Shown in pieces: positions 26,801 to 40,244 of a stretch of 64,000 nucleotides of DNA (positions are counted from its first letter, which is position 1; each line of letters begins with the position of its first letter). Below the pieces are notes generated by a model, which saw only the letters and a program-made list of their open reading frames with translations, was not told the DNA's origin and made no database searches. Source of the stretch: Eledone cirrhosa (lineage: Eukaryota). The stretch lies in assembly GCA_964016885.1 (NCBI GenBank), contig OZ024751.1:27342001-27406000 (forward strand), in the 5' to 3' direction. The position numbers and the translations under genes were made by a program.

Positions 26801-29800
26801 TCTGCTGTAGGAACAGGGTGGGCTAGACAACAACACTACACCTGAGCCCCATTGTTGATCATAAGTCTGCTGTAGGAACAGGGTGGGCTAGACAACAATG
26901 CTACACCTTTTCTCTTTTACCTTTCAGATATGTCTCCGAGATGAGGTTTTGTCAAAGATCTCCTGGCATATGATGGTTGTTGATGAGGGTCACCGACTTA
27001 AGAACTACGACTCACTACTCAGATCTACTTTAGTTTCAGTAAGATCAACTTTATTTACACCTGTGTGATATGTGTGTGTGTGTAGTTTATTTACACCTGT
27101 GTGATATATGTATGTGAAGCATATATTGGATTTGTAAATGTGTATTATGTGTGTGTGTGTGTGTGCAGTTCGGATGTGTGTAGTGTAGTGTGTGCGTGTA
27201 GTTCTAATGTGTATGTGTGTAATGTAGTGTAGTGTGTGTATATGTGTAGTGTAGTGTGTGTGTGTGTAGTTGTGATGTGCATGTGTAGTGTAGTGTGTGT
27301 GTGTAGTTATGACATGTGTATGTATTTGTAATGTATGCATTCTGTAACAGTGAAATATATGTGTTGTGGGATTGTGAAATGTGTGCAATTGTTAAATATG
27401 TGTAGTGAAGTGTATGTGGTGTAATATGTATGTTGTGTAGTTGTGAGATGTGTGCAATTATGATATGTGTATGTATTTGTGAAATATGTATATTTGTGAG
27501 GTGTGTGTTGTGAAATGTGTGTAAAGTTGTGATGTATGTGTTGTATTAAGTGTGTGTAGTTGTGAGGTATGATGTTTGAAACAGCCAATATTATCTACTC
27601 CAGTGGAATGTCCATCAAAAGATGTTACTGACAGGAACTCCAGTCCAGAATAATCTCCAAGAATTATATTCCTTGTTAAACTTTGTGTCACCTCTGATAT
27701 TTCCTGGGAAGCTGAAGGATTCTTTTGTTGAGAAATATCAGCAAGAAACTGATAAACAAGGTAAAGTTAATATATACATACACATATACATACATACTCA
27801 TATATATGGGTCATTTCCATGTGAAATCACCCAGAGGGTCCCAGGTCACCCCCTCAGATGCCCCTGAAAAAAATCATACTAGCTCCTGTACCAATACGAT
27901 GGAAAAATATGAAGTATTAGGTCAATATCTTCGATAGTTTTGAAATTGTAGGCTTTTATAATCTTCATTAATTTTACATTTTTTTCTGAACGAGTCTCTT
28001 GGACCAGCTTGAGACAGCCGTTTCTCCTCTAATACGGTAAGCACAACTTTGAAATCATGTATTTGGAGCTAACTTTTTCTGTAGAGTTCAAATATCTTAT
28101 CAAATCAAGTGTATCTTGTATAATTTTCCATCTATGGTTTGGTTATTTCAAGAGTAAAAGTGGTATTTGTAAGATAAGAGGTTCTTATATCAAGTTCTGT
28201 TTAAAGATTTTAATTTGACGATGGACATTCTAAATTAAACAGTTTTATGTCACAAAACTTGCAGTGGCTTCATATCAAAATGGTTTATATAAATAAAACC
28301 TTTCCTAAAATTCCTGGTTTAATATTTCAGCCACATCTGAGCTACATCAGATATTGAAACCGTTTCTGTTGCGGCGTGTTAAAGAGTCCGTCCTTGACCT
28401 ACCACAAAAATCTGAAGTGGTTCTCTTTCACGGCCTCTCAGCTTTACAGAAGAAACTTTACAGAGCCATCCTTACAAAGGACCATAGTAAGTGACTGCTT
28501 TTAGCTTACCTTCAACTTGAAAAATCTTGTCTCTCTCTCTAACTACACATCTCTCTCTACACACACATATCTCTCTCTCTCTATCTACACATCTCTATCT
28601 ACACATCTCTCTCTATCTACACATCTTTCTCTCTCTATCTGCATCTGTCTGCTTATTTAATCTATCTATCTATCTAATTTTCTATCTGTCTGTCTGTCTG
28701 TCAGTTACATGACAAATACCCTAAATTCTTCATGTTTTGTATTTCAACTGCAGTGGCCTTTGTCAACACCAGCGGTGCAGCTTCAGAGCGCAGTCAGTCT
28801 AACTTGGTGAACATCTTTATGCAGCTGCGAAAATGTGTTAACCATCCATACTTGTTTGATGGTGAGTCTATCATGCTGGTGTTGCATCCGTATTTACTCA
28901 TACACATACATATATTCATACCTACACACACACACACACATATATTTATATATATATACTTCATTTTTGTTATTTGTTTTGCAAGATTTCTTATCTGAAA
29001 ACGTGTGTTGAAACATATATTGTTATACTTTGGGAGGGTCATGTTGCCAATAAGAAACACATGCACCAGTTGCTTTCACTTCAATTTATTACAAATTTCC
29101 AGTTGGTTGGTTTAACTTCTCCTGGTCTCTGCCTGCTACTAGTACCAATACAACCTGTTTCATTGTGAGGTGGTCAGCAACTAAACTGGCTCCCCCCACC
29201 AGGCCTTGGAAACCCAGCAGCACAAAAACAAGAGATGTCAAAGGGTGGATGAACTCCAGAGTCAACAGTCATCTACCCCAACTATGGGTTCAATAACCTC
29301 ACCAATATATATATATACACCCGTGTATATTTATATATATATATAATTGAACTCACAACCTTTCGATTGCAAGGCCAGTGGTTAGAGCATTGGCCTTGCA
29401 ATCAAAACAAAAGGTTGTGAGTTCAATTCTCAGACCGGGTGATGTGTTGTTTCCTTGAGCAAGACATTTTATTTCACATTGCTCCAGTTCACTCAGCTGT
29501 AAAAATGAGATGATAGGGACTGGGGTTCCTATCATTCCACTGCAAAGTGGTCGTGGAGGTGCCACAGCAAAAAAGCACCCAGCACTCACTGTAAATGAGG
29601 TTGGTAAATGCCCTTCCTAACACCAGTTAGGAAGGGCATCCAGCTGTAGAAATCAAGCCAGAATCAGTTCCTGTCCCACCCTTGTAAGCAGGGAAAAGTG
29701 GACGTAAAATGAAATGATGATGATGATGATGATATATATATATAGACATATATATATATATATATATATCAGTCTACATTAAAGGGGTTGTGAAGGTGTC

Positions 29801-30000
29801 ATGACAAAAACACCCAGTCCATGCTATAAAGTGGTTGTGTAGGCGACACGGTAAAAAGGCTCCCAGTTCTCACTGTAAATGTGGTTGGTGTTAGGAAGGG
29901 CATCCAGCTGTAGAGAACTTGCCAGATACAGTCCTATACCTCAAGTGGGACAATTCTCGTCTAACCCATGCTAGCGTGGAAGATAGACCTTAAACGATGA

Positions 30001-30044
<44 letters not shown>

Positions 30045-33000
30045 GTGTGTCACAGGCGTCACCTGCAATCAAGTATGACAATGTAGCCCCTATTATTAAA
30101 ACACCTGAGGAACTTCCTATGAAATACAACGTCGTAGGAGGCAAGGTAAACCTGCATAGTTGTAATAACAACATAATTGGATGGGGGAGGGGCTATCATT
30201 AAAACACCTGAGAAAGCTGCTATGAGATATATTCTCATACAAGGCCAGCTACACCTGCACAGGTGTGAGTGGTAAATTTTGTTTTGTTTCAGTTATGAAT
30301 AGTATGATGGCTTCTAAACAAATCCATTTATTCTCAATATTTAAATTTCACTGTAGGTGTTGAAGCAGAACCATTTGAAATTGGAGAACATCTGGTGACA
30401 TCTAGCGGTAAGCTGGAATTGATTGATTTATTGTTGCAACATCTGAAAAATACAGGACATAAAGTATTGATGTTTTCACAGATGACACGAATGTTGGACA
30501 TCTTACAGGATTTTCTCACTTTCCGAGGTAAAACACCAGAATAAACTGCAATATCTTTGTCTATATGTCTCTATATATGTATTTGTCTGTATATTCAGTA
30601 CAGCATCTCTCCACTCACTGTGTTTGTATATATATATATATATATATATACATGGGTTTGATGGGTCCATTTCAGCACAACATCTCTCCACTCACTGTGT
30701 TTGTATATATATGAAGTGTATATATATGAAGTGAAGGTATATAGCTTAGATGTGAGGCTGTTTGGTTTACGATCGTAAGGGTGCCATTTACCTATCAGAT
30801 ACGCCTGTATACAAATGTTTGAAAAGAGGAAAGCTAAATATTTCATGTGAAAAATGATAAGAACTCACAGAAACATGTTTAATCTTTGTGGCTAATTTAA
30901 TTTAATTCAATAACATTCTCTAAAGAACACACACACACAGGGGCATTGTGTTTTGTATATATAGATGAGTGAATGTCTGTGTTGGAAGATATATCAAGTG
31001 CAGAGAAATGGTATATATATATATATATACATAAAGACATATATATAGTTATACTTTGGGAGGGTCATGCTGTCAACAAATTCAAAAACTAAATATCACC
31101 CCCACCCCATCCACACCGCCCCTTTCAATGTAAAGTTATGTTGGTGCCACAACATCCAGGCCGAAACAAATGAGATCGTGTAGGTGTCACGACAAAAAAA
31201 CACACAGTCCACGCTGTAATGTGGTCGTGTAGGCAACACAGTAAAAACCTCCCAGCCCCACACTGTAAATGTGGTTGGTGTTAGGAAGGGCATCCAGCTG
31301 TAGAAAACCCGCCAGACAGTCCTATGCGAGCAAGACAACCACTCTTGCCTCAAGTGGGAAAACTCCCGTCCAAACCCATGCAAGCGTAGAACACGGACGT
31401 GAAACGATGATGATGATGATGATGATGATATATGTGTATATGGTATTGGGGGGGGGGGGGGTTAACCCTTTTAACATTTTAACTTTCGAATTATGATAGT
31501 CCCTGGTATAGGTTTAGGAAAACGTCAGCGAATCATTGCAACTCATTTACAGGTGTGGTGGCATGTAAATATGTATATACTGTGTGGGTGGGTGTGGCGT
31601 TGATTGCACACTTGTCTGTGGGTGCATATATAGATATTTCATAAAAAAGTTTTCAAAAAAAAACTTTAAAAAAAACTTTAAAAACTTTTAAATAATTCAT
31701 TTTTATATCTTTCTTTTATAACTTTGCAAATGGGATCGAGCCCCTGGTCTAGGTTTATGAAAAAGTCAGTGAATCATTGCAACTCATTTACAGGTGTGGT
31801 GGCCAGAGGTGGGTAAAAAGAAAATTCACTGGGAATGAAGGACCCCGAGCTGTTGTTACAGTATCTTTCTAAAAGAGGGAAACTTTGAAATAAAACCTGC
31901 AGTTGATGTGACCACTGGTCATCTGGTTTAAGCTTGTCACCAGACTATAATCACTTAAGAGAGTGGTGCTCGTGTAGTACAAGTGTTTGTCACTATAATC
32001 CAATGATGTACAGATGTCTCTTTTGTGATCTCATCTGTCATTTTATCAGCGGAATGTCCTATGGCGATGGGGGAGTGGTGACCTGTGCAGACCTGACCAG
32101 TTGGAAGCATATAGTTGTAAATCTGCACATAGGTAGCAGGGGTCTTATCATAACATCATTGTTATGTCTTCCTGTGACAGGGGCTAACTCCAGTGGCGAC
32201 TCCTGTGTCTGAGCAGTCCTATTAGGGAGAGCACTGCTCACCCAAATTCTTGGGAAGGTACTAGAAAAGGTGCATTTAAAATTGCCTGTCATATCAACGT
32301 TGGGTAGTTTACTGTGGCTATCAGCGGTTATTTCAAGCAGGAAAGGAAAAAGCGAATTACAAAGTAAAACATTTATGAAAAATCGAATCAAACTAAATAT
32401 TTGTTGTTGGAGTGTCAGAACCCTTCTGGACCAAAACTCATCAAACCGGCTAGAAAGAAGGACCGCACTAGTAACGAAAGAACTCCAAAGATTAAATATA
32501 GATATTGCAGCCTTGTCAGAAACACGTCTCTCAGGGTGTGCTCAGCTGACTGAAACAACATCAGGTTTCACACTCTTCTAGACAGGGAAACCAAAAAGAG
32601 AACAGTGAGATGGTGGTGTAGGTTTTGCAGTGCAAGATACTCTAGCACAACATTTAGAGTGTCCCTCTAGAATCAGTGACTGTATAATGAAGTTGCGCAT
32701 TCCACTTGCAATTACATCTACTCCAATTGAAGAAAAAGTGATAATTCTTGGTGATTTCAATGCCCAAGTTGGAAGAGATCATGAGACATGGGATGCACTA
32801 GGCCATTACGGCATCGGTAAGATGAATGCCAATGGTTTGAAGCTACTTGAGCTCTGTTTGGAACTCAACCTAGCCATTTGCAATACCTTCTACAAAAAAA
32901 GAAAAAGCATAAAGTTACCTGGATACACCCAAGGTCAAAAGATGGCCACATGATAGATTTCAAAGTAACCAGGAGATGAGACTTGAATGATGTCAGTAAC

Positions 33001-33526
33001 ATACATGCACATCATGTGTAGTTCAGAATGTAACACAGACCATAAGATGGTCTTATAGTGTTTGGAAAAGGACTCGTATGTGTGGGATCAAAACACTGAA
33101 TCATATTGATGTTGGAAAGTTAAAACAGCATTAGGTACGTGAGGCTTTGAATGAATGTTTGGATAATATTGACTTTGATGGCATGTGGATACACTTCAAG
33201 GATCAATTGTATACAGCAGGAGCAGCAGAACTTGGATTCAGGACGAAAAAACAAAAACACAAAGACTGGTTTGGTGATAATAATCGGATTATCAGCCAAC
33301 TATTAAAGACAAAACATGCCCTTCACGAAAAGCTTCTGAGAGAGTGCCCTACGAATTTAACTGATATTAAAAAGACACATAAAGAATATAAAGCCTCCTT
33401 TTAAATGTGTGTAACGGCTGTTATACACACCATATGTTACATTAATATGCACTCTAAATATTTGTTACTTTTTATTGACACTTTAATAAATGGAATAAAT
33501 TGTCATACACACACACACTCACACCC

Positions 33527-33558
<32 letters not shown>

Positions 33559-33621
33559 ATATACATATATATATACATATCATCATCATCGTTTAACGTC
33601 TATCTTCCACGCTAGCATGGG

Positions 33622-33652
<31 letters not shown>

Positions 33653-34200
33653 GTTTGTGTGTATATGTATTTATATATATGTTTAAAAGAGTGCAGGGCG
33701 ATCAAAATTGATGGAAGCTATGGAGTGGGTAGACCCAGAAAAACCTGGGACGAGGTGATAAAAACTGACCTTGCTTACTTACACTTCTCTAAGACAATTT
33801 CACTGGATCAAGATCTTTGGCGCTATGCAATTATACAGAAGACCCACTTTCCCTTATGTACAAAGTTAACCTACAGTCAGTAGGCACCTCTTAACCCAAT
33901 ATACACCTCACACCCCTACTCCATCCTCCCACTCCCACCAACTCCACCCTTTCTCTATAAAGTTATGTTGGTACAACAAAACATTCAGTCCACACTAAAG
34001 TGGTCGTGTAGGTGTCACTACAAAAAGCACCCAGTCCACACTGTAAATGTGGTTGGTGTTAGGAAGGGCATCCAGCCGTAGAAAATCTGCCAGAAACAGT
34101 TCTGTACGGGCAAGACACAGTCACCTGACCAATCTTGTTTCAAGTGGGACAGACCCGTCCAACCCATGCTAGCGTGGAAGATGGACGTTAAATGATCATG

Positions 34201-34254
<54 letters not shown>

Positions 34255-34290
34255 TATGTGTGTGTGTATACATAGATATATAGATATTTG

Positions 34291-34357
<67 letters not shown>

Positions 34358-34727
34358 GTGGTTACACAACAGTTAGTTCACTGTACCGAGAACAATTGTT
34401 TCACCTTAGCGGATCTTCAGCTGAGGATGTGTATGGTTATAGGAACAGGAAGGACACATCCCGAGCTGAAGATCGGCTAAGGTGAAACAATTGTTCTCGG
34501 TATGGTGAACTAACTGTTGTGTAACCACTTCTACCTAACTCGTCCCATGGACTGAGTGCTCTACCACTACGGATATTACCCTCCAGTGTTCTGCCACTAT
34601 ATATATATATACATATATACACACACATATATGTGTGCGTATATACATAGATATATATTTATATATGTTTGTATACATATATATTTATGTTTGTGTGTGT
34701 GTATATATACATATGTTTTTGTGTGTG

Positions 34728-34764
<37 letters not shown>

Positions 34765-34767
34765 ACA

Positions 34768-34807
<40 letters not shown>

Positions 34808-35636
34808 TATCTACATACACCTTACTCCTACATCTATATACACACACAAACACCTGCTATCACCTCACACACACATATGTCATTGTGTGTGTATATACAT
34901 ATAAATACATATATACATGGAAATACAAAGAGGATAGTTTGACTAACAAACTATCCTCTTGCATTAACTGCCGATGTATTTTAACTTTAATTTTGCTTTG
35001 ATTCTGTTTTAGTATGATTTTAATTTTTGAATTTAAATTTCCATGCAAAATTATTGTAATGGATGTCACCCCACTGTGCATCAATATATACATATGTATC
35101 TGTATGTCTCTTGTGTTGGAAAGGAGGTCATGAATGTATACAAACATTAAATAATGCTCTGAAGACCTCAAACCTCAGTTTGGATGAAACAATTGTAAGC
35201 TAATAAATGGTTTGAACAGAACTTTGATTCATGTGAATTCTATATACATGGAAATATGTATTTATATGTATACACACACACACACTTCTATATACGCACA
35301 CTTTGAAGATATCTGCTATATACACACATACCTCATAGAAAAATACTAATTACACACACGCACACACATTTCTACTACAACCATTGTACACATCAAACAC
35401 CTACACACACATACACCATTATCATTCATATATATTGAATGATAATGGTGTATGTGTGTGTATATATATTGAATGATAATGGTGTATGTGTGTGTGTATA
35501 TATGTATATATCTTGAATGATAATGGTGTATGTGTGTGTGTATATATATTGAATGATGATGGTGTATGTGTGTGTGTATATATGTATATATATATATTGA
35601 ATGATGATGGTGTATGTGTGTGTGTATATGTATGTA

Positions 35637-35704
<68 letters not shown>

Positions 35705-38700
35705 TACACTATATATATATATATATATATATATCAATATATACCATCATCATCATTTAATGTCCGCTTTTCCCTGCTTGCAAGAGTGGGACGGGTCCTA
35801 TTCAGCACAGCATCTCTGGAACTGATTCTGGCTTGATTTCTGCAGCTGGATGCCCTTCCTAACACCAACCTCATTTACAGTGAGTGCTGGGTGCTTTTTT
35901 TCCGTGGCGCCTACACCATTATATATAAAATATATATATATGTAAAAACCCGTAGAGCAAATATTTATTATAAGTACAGATTAAGGGTGAAAGCAGCGAT
36001 CTTTCCTTAAACTTTAATCCGTACTTATATGGAAGATCAATGGCCGATGTTTGTGACAGCAGTGACCGAAGAAGCAGCTGTTGGCCGAAGACAACGAACA
36101 AGCAAAAAGCAATGGATCCAAGAACTAACAAGCTGCCGACTCTGTGCTACGGGAAGAACAAGCCGGCTTCCGAAACAACTGAACTCGCACCGAACAGATC
36201 TTCACACTATGCAACATCCTTGAATAATGCGTTGAGTTCCAGCAACCTTGGCGGTCAACTTCGTATGGCATTCCTGCAAGATTCATCGCCATCTTCAAGG
36301 CCGAATGCTCCAGCTGCTTCATGCGAACTGAGTCCAGTGTGACAGAGTTTTTTTACATTGTCTCCGGAATCAGACAGGGTTGCATTCTCTCTCTGCTGCT
36401 GTTCCTGCTGGCAGCCAATTTCATTCTAAGGCAAACAGATGAAGGGCCTGGTCGAGGAATCCCATGGAGAGGCCTGTCGAGGCTGAGGGACCTGGCATTC
36501 GCCCAGTAACATCGCTTTGATCTCTGCAAGCCCTAACAACATCCCTGCAAGAGAGTGCGCAAAAGATCAGCCTGAGAATCAACATAAAAAACCAAGGTGA
36601 TGAGAAGAGCCAACATCACAGGTCCAGCAATCAGTCAACCAACAAGGCCTGGGAGAAGTTGATCACTTCACCTACATGGGCAGCATCCTGGCAAACAATG
36701 GCAACGCAGAGATCGGCAAAGGAGCTACAGTTTTCCAGCGGATGCGCCTAGTCTGGTCATCTTCATGCATCAGCACCAGGATCAAGCTGCACCTGTACAA
36801 GAACATTGTGTTGCTGACAGTGCTTTACACGAGTGAAACCTGGCAAAGATAAAGGGATGGCTGAACGCATTCTAACAGCAGTGCCTGTGAAGGATCCTTT
36901 GTCTTTCCTGGCACAACCGAATGATAAACAAGGAAATCCTGTGGAGAGTCAAGTTGTGGACGCTGCAGAGGATAGTCATGGAGTGCCAATGCCATCTGGC
37001 TGGCCATATTCTGTGCCTGCTCAACAAACGACACTTGAAAATAGCAATGAACTGGACTCCAAAGGGAGGTGTGGTTGCCCCAGGGTCACTCGGCAATGAA
37101 CATTCCGAAAAGACCTGAAGGCAGCCAACACCACTTGGCATGGTTACGCTGATTGTGATTGTTGGCGACTACTTACAGCTCGACGGGCCAAACGGTGTAC
37201 AAGAAGCTAAGAAAGATATATATGTGTGTGTATATATAGAGAGAGATTTATAGATAGATAGATTGATAGATATATACACGCCTGAAATGTATGTTACTGT
37301 GACCAGCTGTTCAGATTTACAAATACTTCCAGTCTTATCTAGTTTATGTTGCTGTTGTATAGCCACAGGCCAACCCAGACCAACTACACCTAGGATCCAT
37401 TCCAATTGTCGTATTTCTTCCAGATCTTTGTCTTCTCGAATGTTAGTTGCGAAGTAGCCTTGATCCATTGCTTTCACCATCACCGTCACCACCGCCACCG
37501 CCACCACCACCGTCGCCACCACCACCACCACCACCACCACCACCACCGTCACCACAACCACTACCAACACCATCACCACCGTCACCACCACCATCACCAC
37601 CACCACCACCACCACCACCACCATGACTTGGAAGGGAATTAATAGTCATGTCAGGAATATAGTCCAATCCAAATACCCAGTCTTCAGCGATGTAATAGTA
37701 ATGGTTTATTATGTGTTTCTCATTTATAAAATGTCTTTTCTGTTTCCTAGATTACAATTACGAGAGACTTGATGGATCGACCCGAGGGGACGAACGTTTT
37801 CTTGCTGTCCAGAACTTCAACTCTAATGATGGCACCTTCATATTTCTGTTGAGTACCCGAGCTGGTCAGTCATTCCTCCTCATTCTTCCCCTTTATGTCC
37901 AGTACACCAGCTGGTCAGTCATTGCTCTTGTCTATGTCCATTACACCAGCTGGTCAGTCATTCCTCTTGTCTATGTCCAGTACACCAGCTGGTCAGTCAT
38001 TCCTCTTGTCTATGGATCCCTGGACCCTCCAGCCTTATGTTAGGACACATCTTATGAATGGGGGTGATCAGTGGCCACAAGATACTCTTTAGACTGGTAC
38101 TTTACCCTGGTTTCATCAATGTTAAGTGACTGAGAGTACAACACTTCCCCTGGACAGGATAGCAGTCTATTGCAAGGTTAATTCCCAGCTACTGCTGGTT
38201 ATAGTGGTGGTAGTTGTAGTAGTAAATGTTGTGGTGGTGATAGTAATAGTATTAGTGGTGGTGGTGAAGTAGTAATAGTGGTGATGGTGGTGGTTGTACT
38301 AGTGGTGATGTGTGGTTATAGTAGTATAATGGTGGTGGTACTAGTGGTGATCGTGGTGGTACTAGTGGTAGTAGTAGTAGTATATGTTGTTGTTATGAGG
38401 TCATTAAGCATGGCTTGGACGCTGCAGACTTCCCTTCCCAGCTCGAGCCGGTGGGGCTGGATCGAGGGGACGGCAAAAGGCCAGATGGCATGACCCCTCG
38501 TCTGAGATGCCACTTGCACCGACACTTTCTGCAGCCGCAACCTGGTGCAGTCTGCGACTGAGCCAGGTTTGCGGTCGTTCCCCTGGCAGTGGAGACTTCT
38601 GGTGTCCTCGGCCCCAGGGCTACCTCCTTACTCACCACCATAGGCGCTGAGCTGGCCAGCTGCAGGTGTGAGCCCCGCGAGTTGGAGTGGCTTTTCCAGC

Positions 38701-39351
38701 ACGTCTCCCTTGCCGTCCTCCGGGGAAACGCCTTCTCCATTCTGTCCGCCGGGGCTGTGGGTGGGCCCCATCCCCTACCAATACATTAGTTAAATACCAT
38801 TCTTGATGACTGTTTCTCTGCCACCAGGTGGACAAGGTTTAAACCTCACAGCAGCTGACACGGTGATATTTGTGGACAGTGACCTCAACCCCCAGAATGA
38901 CCTCCAGGCTGTGGCAAGGTCACATCGTTTTGGTCAGTCACGGTATGTTATTATCTTCTCTCTCTCTCACCACCCCACCATCACACCTCTCTCACCCCCC
39001 CTCTCTCTCTCTCTACCCCCCTCTCTCTCACCACCCCACCATCACACCTCTCTCACCCCCCCCTCTCTCTCACCACCCCACCATCACACCTCTCTCACCC
39101 CCCCCTCTCTCTCACCACCCCACCATCACACCTCTCTCTCTCTCACCACCCCACCATCACACCTCTCTCTCTCTCACCACCCCACCATCACACCTCTCTC
39201 TCTCACCACCCACCATCAACCTCTCTCTCTCTCTCACCACCCCACCATCACACCTCTCTCTCTCTCTCACCACCCCACCACACCTCTCTCTCTCTCTCTC
39301 ACCACCTCAGCATCACACCTCTCTCTCTCTCTCACCACCTCAGCATCACAC

Positions 39352-39382
<31 letters not shown>

Positions 39383-39610
39383 CTACTTATCACCATATAT
39401 ATATGTAGGTGCCATGGAAAAAAAAGCACCCAGCACTCACTGTAAATGAGGTTGGTGTTAGGAAGGGCATCCAGCTGTAGAAATCAAGCCAGAATCAGTT
39501 CCCGTATGAGCTAGACAAGGTCAGCTGACTGGACACTGCCCACGACAGGACAACCCGTCTAACCCATGCTAGCGTGGAAGAACGGACGTAAAACGATGAT
39601 GATGATGATG

Positions 39611-39642
<32 letters not shown>

Positions 39643-40012
39643 ATTGGAAACTCTGCTTCGTAGAATCAAAACGTATCTGAGGACCTTGCGATTTCAGAGT
39701 CAGGTTCGATTGTGCCTCGAGCTGGTCGCCAGAGATACGATTGTAATATGTCTAATAAATGTTATTCATCGCAACACTGATTCTCCGTTTCTCATGTGGT
39801 ATATATATATTAAAGAGTTAAACAAGATTCAATGAGTATATCAAAGAATGAGTTTTACAGTAGAGTTTTACACTTCCTTGATTAAATCTTAACCATTTAA
39901 CATCTCATTATATTTTGTCTGATGAGGACGTGCTGTTGTACCTCCGAAATATGTATAATAAAATTTAATTGATCAAAAGAACATCTATTTTATTAATATT
40001 TGTATTTTAATA

Positions 40013-40044
<32 letters not shown>

Positions 40045-40069
40045 ATTATATATATATATATATATATAA

Positions 40070-40158
<89 letters not shown>

Positions 40159-40159
40159 A

Positions 40160-40244
<85 letters not shown>

